A stretch of DNA of 64,000 nucleotides from a virus (IMGVR_UViG_3300030397_000361:25-64024); one strand, 5' to 3'; positions 37,659 through 47,640 are shown, counted from the stretch's first letter. Program-made: numbers and translations. The notes: generated from the sequence alone by a model not told the origin.

Positions 37659-37964
37659 CAGATTATTCTCGCAGTACCAGCAATGCCCATCTGCCGGTAT
37701 GTCAATCTGGCAATCGGGGCAGGTCACAATGCCGGTGCGTTTGGTGATCGCCTTGTATTTGACTTCGCCAATCTCATCGCGGGTGAAATGCAGAGCCACC
37801 ACATTCTGAGCGAAGAACACGCAGCCATCCGACACGAATGAGCAGACACAGCCATTGGCCAGTGTTATCTCGACCAAGGTCTGGTCGTGCTTCGGGCCCA
37901 ACTCGGCTATCCGGTTGTCAACATCAGGGGATTGTGTTATACTACCGTCGAATCGTTTTAACAT
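37638..37964 (-). CDS. Hypothetical protein with C-terminal zinc finger
   Basis: CPDC...CWYC; GAAAGGA SD. Confidence 0.6.
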   Translation of the reverse strand: MLKRFDGSITQSPDVDNRIAELGPKHDQTLVEITLANGCVCSFVSDGCVFFAQNVVALHFTRDEIGEVKYKAITKRTGIVTCPDCQIDIPADGHCWYCENNLEAVQNG

Positions 37965-38123
37965 CTCGATTTCCTTTCAAACGCGCCATAGGGTTGCAGC
38001 CCTACGATTGGCGCGTTTTCTGTTGCATTTGGGCCAAAATAAAAAGAGGCCCGGTTAGCGTTCGGATGACCGGCCAAGGTCGCAACATTCGAAAATGTCC
38101 TAATAGCTAATCGAGCCTCTTGT

Positions 38124-38152
38124 ATGATAGCAATGGTATTAACTTTTGACAA
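38124..38152 (-). promoter_or_regulatory. Promoter followed by a structured leader and terminator
   Basis: TTGTCA-17-TATCAT with extended TG; leader closes GAGGC...GCCTC-TTTTT. Confidence 0.6.
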
Positions 38153-38389
38153 CAAAAAAATGTTGCTCAGAACGTTGGCCGGTCTTTTATATTCTTGACT
38201 ATGATTATACCACATCTGAAACCCGATTTCAAGCATCATTTTTCTCACCACTTGCTATTTTGTGTATACTCTGCTGTGCCGTGCAATTCGACATCCAGCC
38301 CATCGGCCCGACGCTCGAAATACCAAGACAAAGATTCGAACAAGCGCACTAATTTGCGGTACAAGCGGAGCCGGAATCGGCGGCTGATT

Positions 38390-38632
38390 TCAAGCATTGT
38401 TTTTCTCTGCGATCTTGTAGAAATTGGTAGGGCGTTGCTGCTTTCTGCCATCACGCCTCGTGTGATCAACCTGCTCAGACAGCAGCACTTTGCCGCACCA
38501 CGGACACCACCAATGGCTTCGGCTTGGCGGCGCATCACCGATTGACCACCATTTGTTACACTGGCCACATTGGAAATGTGATAGGGTTTCGATTGATCGC
38601 TTGAATGTGTTGGTTGGTTGGCTATCTGACAT
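38390..38632 (-). CDS. Zinc-finger protein
   Basis: CGQC...CPWC. Confidence 0.6.
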   Translation of the reverse strand: MSDSQPTNTFKRSIETLSHFQCGQCNKWWSIGDAPPSRSHWWCPWCGKVLLSEQVDHTRRDGRKQQRPTNFYKIAEKNNA

Positions 38633-38639
38633 AAAAATC

Positions 38640-39188
38640 CTAATTTCGTCGCTTCGCTATGTCTATTGCTTTGTCGAGGGCACCGATCTTCTTTTCCAGG
38701 TGTTCAATATAAGCCTTCCTGTATACCTCAGTGACCTCGATCAGATTTTGGCCCTCGCACTCTAGCGGCCACTCCTCGATCCTGTAATACCCATCGCCAA
38801 ATCCGACGGTAACATTGTTGATTTCGAGCCACCTGACAGCCTGCTCTAATGTGTGTATTTCGTGCTTGTTATCTGACATAAAATCCTTGTCCACATCGCC
38901 AGATGACGCATCGCCACCGAGCCGGCGTCTGTCGCTTCGGCGTCTGTCGCTTCGGCATCGGGCAACTACATCTCGGATCGTATCGTCAACGCCCTCGGTT
39001 TCTATGTTAACGAAAGTGGTCATAATAGCCTCAAGTTTTCGCCTTAAATCTTTTGCAGTTTGAGGCATGATGATAAATTCAGTCTCTAAAGCGTCAATGG
39101 CGGCTGAGACTTCTGCCGCTAACTGAAATGAATCTTGGACCTGGCTCATATCAACGGCGTTTGTCATTTGTCCCAACCTCATTATCAA
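38640..39188 (-). CDS. Hypothetical protein
   Basis: 182 aa; contains a 15-bp tandem repeat encoding RRSDR units. Confidence 0.55.
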   Translation of the reverse strand: MIMRLGQMTNAVDMSQVQDSFQLAAEVSAAIDALETEFIIMPQTAKDLRRKLEAIMTTFVNIETEGVDDTIRDVVARCRSDRRRSDRRRLGGDASSGDVDKDFMSDNKHEIHTLEQAVRWLEINNVTVGFGDGYYRIEEWPLECEGQNLIEVTEVYRKAYIEHLEKKIGALDKAIDIAKRRN

Positions 39189-40101
39189 TAATCATCCGCG
39201 CCAGTTGCTTGGTTCGCATCCGGTTGTATTTCCGCTTGCGCCTCGACTTCGGATGACGCGCCAGGCAATAGCGGCCATCGGATTCGCGCCGGTAGATTTC
39301 CTGGTCTGGCCTTGCGGCGCGTTTGGCTTGCCAATACGTGCCGAATGATTCTTTGTACTCATCATCGCTGGAGTGGACTGGCTTAAACGTCATCTCTACA
39401 CCTGCACCGCGCCAAAACAGCCACTAACAACACACAGCACAATGCCGATAAACACGATGGCAAGATCAGCAGGCCCAATGAAATGGCTTGAGCGGTGGTC
39501 AGTTGGATTTCTTTTTTGCATTTCGCGCCTTCGGATTCTGACATTTACCGCCGGGCGGTAATGGCTTGTTGTTTGGGTCACTGCAATGTGGGCAGGGTTG
39601 CGCCGATTTTTGCTTTGCCATTTTGCTTTGCCTTCAATCGCTCAAGGCTCCTAATGTGCTTTCTGAGGCTGTATGCCCCGTTGCCGTTTTCGTAGCCAGC
39701 TTCGATCAATCGCCGCAATGCCCTGCGGCTATCGGCCAAATCCTCATCAATCGTTTTTTGCTTCACGTCGCTTTGCCTTTGCATCTATTGCGGCCTTGAT
39801 CGCCGCTCGTTTGAGTTCCAATACTGGCACCACTGACAGCAGCCCCGCCTCACGCGCTTCGATGATCTGCGCGTCAATCGTCACCAGAAGCTTTGTCGTT
39901 GGCTCGCTTCTCATTGCGTTCCATTCTCTCGTTTTCATCTAGTATCAGTTTGATGCCTTCGGCCAACTCAGGATCAATGTTTCTAAGGTCGCCTTTGCGG
40001 AAATGATGGCTGGCAAAGATCACGGCGAGCTTGGCTGATAGGGCTTCATTGTGGAATTCGTCCAATGCCTTGCGGAGTTTTGGGTTTAGGCTGAATTTCA
40101 T

Positions 40102-40401
40102 TTACACTGATCTCGGCTCGACCATCCCGGCCTCATTCGGCGGCAATTCGCTCTCACGAAGCGGAAAAATGCGCTCTGGATTGATAGCATCATCCAATGG
40201 CGTTCCTGATTTCATTTTTCGCAATCTGCCAACCGTGCCGTAATGAGCGCCGTTAATGTTGATACCGCACACATAGGTGATTTCTTCGCCCGGTTTGTCT
40301 GGAATAGCGGGGCCGCTGTGATCGTCATTGAATGGCGTTCCACAATTGATAGAAATTGTCATTGTCATAAATACAAATGTTGTTTCAATCAATGTCCACA
40401 T
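40102..40401 (-). CDS. Hypothetical protein
   Basis: 99 aa with GGGGG SD. Confidence 0.5.
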   Translation of the reverse strand: MWTLIETTFVFMTMTISINCGTPFNDDHSGPAIPDKPGEEITYVCGININGAHYGTVGRLRKMKSGTPLDDAINPERIFPLRESELPPNEAGMVEPRSV

Positions 40402-40575
40402 ATTACCCCCTCACGCACCACGCTAACCCGCAGCCGCAAGCCAGCAATAACATTGACACGACCTTGAGCGACACGCGATAGATCATTAATTGGCTCTTGA
40501 GGTGCATTAGCTCGATTGCTAAATAGGCGCTCTGATCGTCGCTGTAAATGATGCGGCGCAATTCATCGGCTGGTG

Positions 40576-40872
40576 TCATAATGCCCCGATTTCCCTAAGC
40601 GCCTGGTCAACCGTGAGCCAAATAAAATATTCACCACCAGCGGACTCGATGAGCGCCTTGCATTCCGCTTCGCCCTCAGTCAGCATTGATTCGACTGGCT
40701 TGCGCTTTGGCGCTCGAAGTGGGTTTTTAATCTCGGCTGGAAAATACCTGCCACGAAACACAACCAGAATATCGAAGGCGTTTTTTAATTCGTGACAATG
40801 GATGACAGTTGCCCCCACTTGCCGCAACGCCTCAACTATTTCGGGCTGGTTTTCGTCAACTCTACTCGCCAC
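40576..40872 (-). CDS. VRR-NUC / PD-(D/E)xK nuclease (resolvase-like)
   Basis: RVDENQPEIVEALR, FDILV, AEIKNP, LTEGE; probable GTG start at 40872. Confidence 0.85.
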   Translation of the reverse strand: MASRVDENQPEIVEALRQVGATVIHCHELKNAFDILVVFRGRYFPAEIKNPLRAPKRKPVESMLTEGEAECKALIESAGGEYFIWLTVDQALREIGAL

Positions 40873-41336
40873 GTTCAAACCACCTTGCCAGCAACAAAAC
40901 CATCCCGCCTCCTGCAACCGATGTCACGCAAAAGAACAAAACTCCCCAGGCTATCCACTCTAATATTTGCATCATCATAAACTCCGCCTTTCAACCTTCC
41001 GCGCCAAATCGCGCAATGATTTCGCCTCGATCATCGTGTAAGCCAGAATCACAGCCTCAGACACAGCCGCAAGGCCGATGAAAAATAGGCTTATGATAAT
41101 TGCTTGAAATGCGGTCATTGATCCATCCTCTGTAATTTGCCAGCAGCGATAGCAAGCGCAATCCAGGTGAAGAAAAACCAGGATGTGAAACACGTTGCGA
41201 TCATTAAACACCAATTCATCATTCACGTGCCCCTGGGCGGCGCGGGCCGAAAGGAGGAAATACCCGCGCCGCCAAGCAGAAGGGAGGAGCCGCGCCCCGG
41301 TAGCAAGATGGCATTACGGCGCGGCCCTGGTAGTTG

Positions 41337-41570
41337 TCATTTGTCGTCAGGATAGCAATCAACATCACTCAGTTTTATGCCAAGCCTCAAGGCATACCGG
41401 ATAGACTGGATAGTGCGGCGGCTGGGGCTGCGCTCGTTTTTGCTGACAAGCTCCTGAGAAATACCAAGTTTGTCTGCAAGCTGCTTTTGTGTTAGCCCCA
41501 TCTCTATGCGCTTTTGCCTGAATAAATCTGCTAACATCTTTTGAAACGCTTTCCAATCCTTTGACATCAC
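41337..41570 (-). CDS. XRE-family HTH regulator (Cro-like)
   Basis: RIEMGLTQKQLADKLGISQELVSKNER. Confidence 0.9.
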   Translation of the reverse strand: MMSKDWKAFQKMLADLFRQKRIEMGLTQKQLADKLGISQELVSKNERSPSRRTIQSIRYALRLGIKLSDVDCYPDDK

Positions 41571-41625
41571 AGCCTAATGGTACTAGAATACCAGCACGCA
41601 ATCTTAGTATGTTTGTGCTAAGACT

Positions 41626-41794
41626 TTGACAATAACGAATCTTTATCTAAAATTGAATTAGGGGAGACAAGCCGCAAGCGGATTGCGGCGGGAAGTGGGC
41701 AACAAAATAGCGGAGCCTGGTGAGCCTAGCGGCTTGCCTCGTTTTTGGTAGAGCGATGCTTCACCCGCAAAAGTTTCGCATCGCTCTTTTATTT
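41626..41794 (+). ncRNA. Candidate small RNA with its own promoter
   Basis: TTGACA-16-TAAAAT; closing stem GAGACAAGCCGC/GCGGCTTGCCTC plus T-run; second hairpin AGAGCGATGC/GCATCGCTCT plus T-run; no convincing ORF. Confidence 0.45.
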
Positions 41795-42158
41795 GGTTGC
41801 GGGTACGATGTGGCTGCTATAAACAAAAAAACCGCTAACGGTTAGCGGTCGTAAAATAACGCGCTAACCATAGCGGTCTAAATCTGCATTATCAGTATTC
41901 GGTTAGCGTTTGACATTGGTCGTAATGACATTTGTCTTCACTCCGAATTGGCTCCGAAAATTTACGGAACATTTACGTAGGATAGTCCCTACATTGTATA
42001 GTTGATTTTAATTTAGGTCAATTGACACTCTCAAGTGTCACGCGCTGGCCAGCGCCCCGGCTCGATCCCCCCAAGCCGTGAAACCATTATAGCACACTCG
42101 TTCAATATGTTCCAAGCCGAACATTTGTTTTTGGTTGAAAATATTCTGCTAAGAACAT

Positions 42159-42359
42159 TTAGAGTTCGTTTTTTTTCTCGCGGATAAACCGCTCTGCCGA
42201 TTCTTGCGGAATAATCCACTGGCCCACAACGGGCGGCAACCTGTAAGCGCCGCTAATCTCACCAGAGGCGCACAGCCGCCTGATGTGCTGCCTGGTGTAC
42301 GGCACGCCCTCACTTTTGCACAATTGTTCCATCGTTTTCGGTGTCAGGTCGTTTTCCAT
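42159..42359 (-). CDS. Excisionase-like HTH protein
   Basis: YTRQHIRRLCASGEISGAYRL...WIIP. Confidence 0.75.
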   Translation of the reverse strand: MENDLTPKTMEQLCKSEGVPYTRQHIRRLCASGEISGAYRLPPVVGQWIIPQESAERFIREKKNEL

Positions 42360-42610
42360 TGCGCTTCCAATCTATAATTTCCGATTGGAACATTGTATCA
42401 AATTTTAAGGTTAAGGCAAAACAAAAAAACCGCTGCAAGCAATACCGGGCCTTGTGGCCTTTATGGTCATCGCTCGAAGCGGTCTAGGTTCTAGGCTGTG
42501 CCGATCTCAGCGTCAAGCCAGCGTTGGCAGAAGATCGCGCTGACTGTGTTGTAATGGTAGCACGCTTGGCGCGATTTGGTCAAGGTGGAAATGCTGAGGG
42601 TTTGTGGCAA

Positions 42611-42642
42611 CAAAAAAGGCGGCTGAGTTGCCGCCTCTTGGT
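42611..42642 (-). terminator. Duplicated terminator, copy 1
   Basis: CAAAAAAGGCGGCTG-agt-TGCCGCCTCTTGGT; 29/32 identical to 44487..44518. Confidence 0.8.
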
Positions 42643-42935
42643 TAGTCGCTTGATACAACGCGCTTAATCCAATTCCAAGTACGCCATTGTCTAGTATTGT
42701 ATAATTCAGCGTTCTCATCATACCAGATACCAAACGCATTATTCCAAATTACGACTAGGTACTGATTAACGTAATCCTCTTTTGGAATATAAAACCAGTA
42801 CAGACCGATGATGCACAGCCCGCTTGGCAGAAACAATCCGATTGCATTATTCATTCGCGGGTTTTTGCGCTGATTATCGCTTTCGAATTCATCAATTACA
42901 TTTTGGTGACAGGGAGACCAGTTTAATGTCCACAT
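42642..42935 (-). CDS. Hypothetical membrane protein
   Basis: One TM segment. Confidence 0.5.
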   Translation of the reverse strand: MWTLNWSPCHQNVIDEFESDNQRKNPRMNNAIGLFLPSGLCIIGLYWFYIPKEDYVNQYLVVIWNNAFGIWYDENAELYNTRQWRTWNWIKRVVSSD

Positions 42936-43282
42936 TATGATAATGCCTTTCGTCTAACGTATTGGCTAAAATTCTCGCCTGTGCCATCAATAGCCATCTC
43001 AATTTTAGCTATCTCGGCCTCTGTGAATCGGATTGATTTTGATATTGTACCACCATCATCTGCTGCTGCCCCCACTATTGAGGCCAGTATAACCACATCA
43101 TCATCTCTCAAGTCGTTCTGTGGATTGTTTAGCGCATCGCTTACGGTCAGGTTCACCCGTTGCTGCAAGATCGGGCTGTTAGCGTTGGCGGCTTGGATAG
43201 TTTTAATTGCGTTGTTTGCGGCGCTCGATCCACCACGAGCTATGATGATCTGCATCGCCTTTATAATTGCTTGTTTATCCAT
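42935..43282 (-). CDS. Protein with C-terminal ribbon-helix-helix-like domain
   Basis: SKSIRFTEAEIAKIEMA...NFSQYVRRKAL. Confidence 0.7.
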   Translation of the reverse strand: MDKQAIIKAMQIIIARGGSSAANNAIKTIQAANANSPILQQRVNLTVSDALNNPQNDLRDDDVVILASIVGAAADDGGTISKSIRFTEAEIAKIEMAIDGTGENFSQYVRRKALS

Positions 43283-43643
43283 TGTATGCCTCGACTGATT
43301 GAATCAGTTCATCGCAGAATGATTTTACTTTTTTAGCAGATAGTGGCGACCACCATCCAGAATTAAGTGTCTGCCACTCGAATACTTCAATGACATTTTC
43401 TCGATAGGCTTGATGTCGATAATCGTGGCTAGTGTTTCCAACCTTTTCCAGATAAATTCGCGTCGATGCGTTTCGTGTGCTTGACGTGCTGCCACCCTTG
43501 CTGATCTGCAATCCCTTGGCATTGAGCATTGGAGCCAATTTTTTGGCGGTTTCGTCGATCTTTGCCAGGGCTTTGGCTTCGGTTCGTTCGGTGTATTTGG
43601 TGGGCAACTCACTGATTACATTTGCGATTGATTGAGCTTTCAT
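43275..43643 (-). CDS. Hypothetical protein
   Basis: GAAAGGAAACTGA SD region, shared with the gene at 56963. Confidence 0.65.
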   Translation of the reverse strand: MKAQSIANVISELPTKYTERTEAKALAKIDETAKKLAPMLNAKGLQISKGGSTSSTRNASTRIYLEKVGNTSHDYRHQAYRENVIEVFEWQTLNSGWWSPLSAKKVKSFCDELIQSVEAYNG

Positions 43644-43675
43644 CTCAGTTTCCTTTCGTAACTAACTGTTTATTT

Positions 43676-43710
43676 GTATTCTATTGTAGCACAAAAGAAT
43701 ACGGAGTCAT
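43676..43710 (-). promoter_or_regulatory. Promoter with an inverted-repeat operator
   Basis: ATGACT-16-TGcTACAAT; GTATTCT/AGAATAC arms flank the -10. Confidence 0.55.
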
Positions 43711-43738
43711 ATAGGCCATTTAGCCTAATACATATGTT

Positions 43739-44386
43739 CTATGCCCCCTCGACCCTCCCAACATCCACACACCAGCCGCGCCCCCGCTGTCCCATCACCC
43801 CCTCGACCTTTACGCAATCACCGGCACCAGCCGCGCCTACGTCACCCCGACACCACCATTCATTACCGCGATCATCGACGATGTACACATTGCAGATGCC
43901 GTCACGCCTGACGATGCGCCTGATCTGTCCGCTGACCACAATCTGTCCGCTGACTGGCATCGGCTTGCGTTGGCTGTGGTACAGACGACTAAAAGCCGCG
44001 GCTATTTGCGCCTCCGGTTCGCTCTCGGCTGATTCGCCGGTCAAATGCCTGATGAGTTTCGTGCCTGGTCCACTAATGCGCCACAGGAAACAGGCCACGT
44101 AATTCCTGGTCATCGGAATGCCGTCATCGTGGTATCTAAATGTGACAGACACCTCAACATAGCTATGCTCAGGCAGTACGCCGATGATGGCATAGCTCAG
44201 GTTGGCCGGGTTGACGGTCGCCGCCTGCATCTGTATCAGGCGATTATCGGCACTACTGCCCACGCCAAGCGGTGACATAAAAACACAGTCATCGGCTATC
44301 AGGTCACGCCATTTTTGCCAGTCTGCGGCGCGAAATGCCTCGTAATATTCGGTTGTTGCTTGTCTCAGCAATCCCTCAACGCTCAT
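43739..44386 (-). CDS. NTF2/SnoaL-like domain plus C-terminal OB-like domain
   Basis: YYEAFRAADWQKWRDLIADDCVFMSP; C-terminal GQIRRI...GDCVKVEG. Confidence 0.6.
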   Translation of the reverse strand: MSVEGLLRQATTEYYEAFRAADWQKWRDLIADDCVFMSPLGVGSSADNRLIQMQAATVNPANLSYAIIGVLPEHSYVEVSVTFRYHDDGIPMTRNYVACFLWRISGPGTKLIRHLTGESAESEPEAQIAAAFSRLYHSQRKPMPVSGQIVVSGQIRRIVRRDGICNVYIVDDRGNEWWCRGDVGAAGAGDCVKVEGVMGQRGRGWCVDVGRVEGA

Positions 44387-44486
44387 AAAAAAATGCCTCC
44401 ATTATCGAGGAGGCATTATATCAGGAAATCACGGTGTATCTGTTGGGGGTCTATCAGGTGTCTATCGTTTGTCTGTCACGTTGCGG

Positions 44487-44518
44487 CAAAAAAGGCGGCT
44501 GGGGTGCCGCCTCTTGGT
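44487..44518 (-). terminator. Duplicated terminator, copy 2
   Basis: CAAAAAAGGCGGCTG-ggg-TGCCGCCTCTTGGT. Confidence 0.75.
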
Positions 44519-44729
44519 CGCAAGAAACACAAACACTGTTATGTTTCCCGTGACTCTCTGCCTCTTCGACTTCTCGCGCCTTCGCTTGAGCGAACAACTC
44601 CCAATTGTTATCTGACGGATTACTGCAAAACGCTTCCCAAGCCGCATCAGCTTCTACTGCTAGCATTGATAATTCTTTTTCCATAATTCGGCTCCCTTAG
44701 TCGACTAAACTAGTAGGACTTAATTTTCG

Positions 44730-45167
44730 TTAAGTCACATCGACTTTCGATAAAAGTGATTTCACTTCTCTGTATATTTCATCGCGTGAAGGCAAGACAT
44801 ATTGATCCGGCCAATGCTCTAAGACGCCGATGGTTTGGTCTACGGCATTCGCAACGCTAACTTTGATAGCAAATTGCAAATCTTGAGTTGCGCCTTCGTG
44901 CCAAAAGCCACCCGACTGAGTTACCCACACGATACCGTTCAGACAATCCATATGGACATATCCGTTTATTCTCGATTGAAATGTGTCTCCATCAATGATA
45001 ACTCGATTATTTCGCCGCTTCACCCTGGCTTTTAGCACGCCAACTTTGGTTGTAAAGAAACCTTCTATTTCGTCGCCATCTTCTAAATTTCGGCACTCTG
45101 CCAGCAATGGGGAAGGCCAGACCATACTATCTAAATCCTTATAATCATCTATTTCAAATTTCATCAC
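44730..45167 (-). CDS. Hypothetical protein
   Basis: 145 aa, GAAGG SD. Confidence 0.6.
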   Translation of the reverse strand: MMKFEIDDYKDLDSMVWPSPLLAECRNLEDGDEIEGFFTTKVGVLKARVKRRNNRVIIDGDTFQSRINGYVHMDCLNGIVWVTQSGGFWHEGATQDLQFAIKVSVANAVDQTIGVLEHWPDQYVLPSRDEIYREVKSLLSKVDVT

Positions 45168-45429
45168 GCACCTTCTTTATGATTGATTCTGGATTTCAGC
45201 AACTCGTTAGCCATATCACACCGCCTTATTGACCGTGATGGTATCATTGTGGGCACCATCTTTACTTATATTTATTTCTAATTCGTAATGGTCTACAATG
45301 TACATTTTTAGGATTTTCCAAAGTTCGGTCAAGGTCTTTAATTGCTGGTAATTGTCGCCGCCTTTGAGTTTGAATCTGCATTTAAGTTTCATTATTTGCT
45401 CCTCTAAAAGACTTAAGTAGGTTTATGTA

Positions 45430-45633
45430 TTATTCGATTAGCCCAAGCCGCTGGGCTAACTCCTGTATCGCTTTTCTGATTCCTGCATCGCGGCTGATGT
45501 CTAATTTCTTGGCTATCTTCCAGGCTAACTCCTGATCTTGGCCGTATAGCCTCACGTTGGTTCGCTTGGCGGTTTCGGCTTTGGCGGCGTTCCGGTTGCC
45601 AGCCGGTGCGCCGCCTTTGCGTTTAGGTTTCAT
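45430..45633 (-). CDS. Small ribbon-helix-helix-like regulator
   Basis: KRKGGAPAGNRNAAK tail; RTNVRL strand; ISRDAGIRKAI helix. Confidence 0.7.
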   Translation of the reverse strand: MKPKRKGGAPAGNRNAAKAETAKRTNVRLYGQDQELAWKIAKKLDISRDAGIRKAIQELAQRLGLIE

Positions 45634-45637
45634 CTAA

Positions 45638-45841
45638 TTAGATTGGCGATACAACGGTGCATCCAAAGTCATTGGCCACTTTTTTCAATTGATCAACATC
45701 TGATGTCCAAATCTCTTCGCCGTCGCCGCTTTGTTCATCGGCTGGTATAGTAGTAGTAATATTCAGAGTGCTAACGTACTTCAAAAAATCAACAAGTTGG
45801 TCACTATCGTTTGTCCAAAAAACACTAACCTTAATCATCAT
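45638..45841 (-). CDS. Hypothetical protein
   Basis: 67 aa, AGGAG SD, first gene after the promoter. Confidence 0.65.
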   Translation of the reverse strand: MMIKVSVFWTNDSDQLVDFLKYVSTLNITTTIPADEQSGDGEEIWTSDVDQLKKVANDFGCTVVSPI

Positions 45842-45884
45842 TTTGCTCCTTTTTCGGCTAATACTGCATCACTTAACTATCTAA

Positions 45885-45926
45885 AGTATAACCTATTTTA
45901 GTTGTTTTGTCAACCCCAAACAACTA
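45885..45926 (-). promoter_or_regulatory. Consensus promoter with an inverted-repeat operator
   Basis: TTGACA-17-TATACT; TAGTTGTTT/AAACAACTA arms flank the -35. Confidence 0.8.
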
Positions 45927-46068
45927 ACTTTAAGGTTAGGAAACATATTGCCCTTAATGCTAATCTCGACCTCTCTGAACCAAAGCGGCCATATCGCATC
46001 GGCTAACCTGGCTCTCAGTTGATTGCTATTTAGTTGTGGCTGGTTGCAGGTTGGGCACGGTTGCTCTA

Positions 46069-46506
46069 TCATATCTGATAATCACCTAGCAATTGCTCAT
46101 AAAAATCATAGATCAGCATCGCCTCACGGTTACTGGCATCGACCATCATTACCAGTTCGGGAAGTTTGCCGTGCCATCGAACTATGGCAATCTGCAACGT
46201 TTGCCCGTTGTCGCGCTTTGCGAGCGACAATGTTTCGCTGCCGCCAATCCTGCGCCCTTTGTAGTAATGATACTCTATTTTCTTCCACCACTGCGCGTCA
46301 TATTTCAGCCACGCTCGCCACTCATCGTATGTGATGCCGCAATGGTTGGCGCAACCTGAACAGGCACAAGCCAGAAAATCATCCTCGTTTTCCGGCTCCC
46401 AGCCTTCGCCGCACCAGTTGCGTTTGAAATCATCTGGCAGCGGTGCGAGTAGTCGCTTAATCTCTGATATTGTTTTCATTGAGTTTTCCTGAGAGCAGTA
46501 TGCCAA
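46069..46506 (-). CDS. Hypothetical Cys-containing protein
   Basis: CACSGCANHC cluster; true start probably MKTIS. Confidence 0.55.
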   Translation of the reverse strand: MAYCSQENSMKTISEIKRLLAPLPDDFKRNWCGEGWEPENEDDFLACACSGCANHCGITYDEWRAWLKYDAQWWKKIEYHYYKGRRIGGSETLSLAKRDNGQTLQIAIVRWHGKLPELVMMVDASNREAMLIYDFYEQLLGDYQI

Positions 46507-46792
46507 TCTTCGTCAATCCGTCAATCTGTCCCCGCCAAAACATCTGTGCGCGCTCGAATCTAACCGCATCACCAACCGATTCGGCCTTGCTCGCCTTGCG
46601 CTCGAATTCGTCAAGAAACTCTTCCCCGATCTCCTGTATTGCCCGCGCTATCAGCAGTCGGATGTCGTCTGTTCCAGGTAGCGATACCAGATGATCGAGC
46701 CAGTCACTAGCCGCTTGGCACTCCTCACCGACATCATTCTGATTTTCGCTCAGGAATGATAGTGCGGTCTGGATTGTGTCATAGTGGCTCAT
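46457..46792 (-). CDS. Hypothetical protein
   Basis: 111 aa helical ORF. Confidence 0.6.
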   Translation of the reverse strand: MSHYDTIQTALSFLSENQNDVGEECQAASDWLDHLVSLPGTDDIRLLIARAIQEIGEEFLDEFERKASKAESVGDAVRFERAQMFWRGQIDGLTKIGILLSGKLNENNIRD

Positions 46793-47051
46793 CGGGTGCC
46801 TCGCTGGCTATAAAATTATTCTCAATCAAATGCCGCTTGATTATGGCTGTCATCAATGCCATAAGTCGATCAAAATCGCCATATACATGCGAGGTTTCAT
46901 CTAATACCATCTGAGACGAAACCCGCTCTTCGCTATCGACAAACATTCTCACCACTATTTGATGATGCCGATGATCGAGCGGGTCAGGATGATTGCGCGC
47001 CGCCGTGATTGTTATGCGCTCGATTGGCTTTTTTTGCGCCTTAAACATCAT
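46779..47051 (-). CDS. Hypothetical protein
   Basis: 90 aa, coupled to neighbours. Confidence 0.55.
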   Translation of the reverse strand: MMFKAQKKPIERITITAARNHPDPLDHRHHQIVVRMFVDSEERVSSQMVLDETSHVYGDFDRLMALMTAIIKRHLIENNFIASEAPDEPL

Positions 47052-47265
47052 TCGGCCTCTCTGGATTGTCCGTGAATATCAATAATATCCACCATTACAG
47101 GCAAATCAAATCTAGTCAGTTCGTTGCTCGTGTATCGGTTACGCAAATCGACTGATGTGCTGATAAGCCTGCATTGCTCCCAATGGCCGGTAGCAATAGG
47201 CAGGCCGCAAGATTCGCAGGTCATACTGGCTATGCTTTGCTCGAAATGGATCGGACGATTGCTCA

Positions 47266-47637
47266 TCATTCGCCCTCGCTTGCTGTCGTTTCCAGCGCAA
47301 TTTCTTCGATTTCGCAATCCTCGCAGATGAGAATAGTTTCGTGTTCGCCAGCCACGTTTTTTTGCTTGCTTTTCCACAAACTAGCTGGCATCTCAGCAAC
47401 GTGTCCGCAAGAAAAACGAACTGTTACGGTTTCGCGCTCTGGCACACCCATCCAGGCATCATTGAGCGCAGCGGCTAATGTGTCGCCCTGGCCGTGATAG
47501 GTGTCACTATCGCCAACCTGATTAACTGCGATCTCGAAATGCCAATCGTCGCCAGGGCTGAAAGTGATTTCGTATCCTTCGGCTATTAGTTGGATCATCA
47601 TCTGTTCTATGTTAGTCATTTTAGGTTGTCCTTTCAA
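47266..47637 (-). CDS. Hypothetical protein with zinc-finger-like C-terminus
   Basis: FSCGH...ICEDC. Confidence 0.55.
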   Translation of the reverse strand: MKGQPKMTNIEQMMIQLIAEGYEITFSPGDDWHFEIAVNQVGDSDTYHGQGDTLAAALNDAWMGVPERETVTVRFSCGHVAEMPASLWKSKQKNVAGEHETILICEDCEIEEIALETTASEGE

Positions 47638-47640
47638 GTA

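Noticed and set aside
38929-38960. 15-bp tandem repeat as a regulatory element
   Set aside because: In-frame coding duplication (RRSDR) with nothing else supporting a function
42159-42359. Integration/excision module implied by the excisionase-like HTH
   Set aside because: No integrase or att-like duplication was found; this HTH family also acts as a plain regulator
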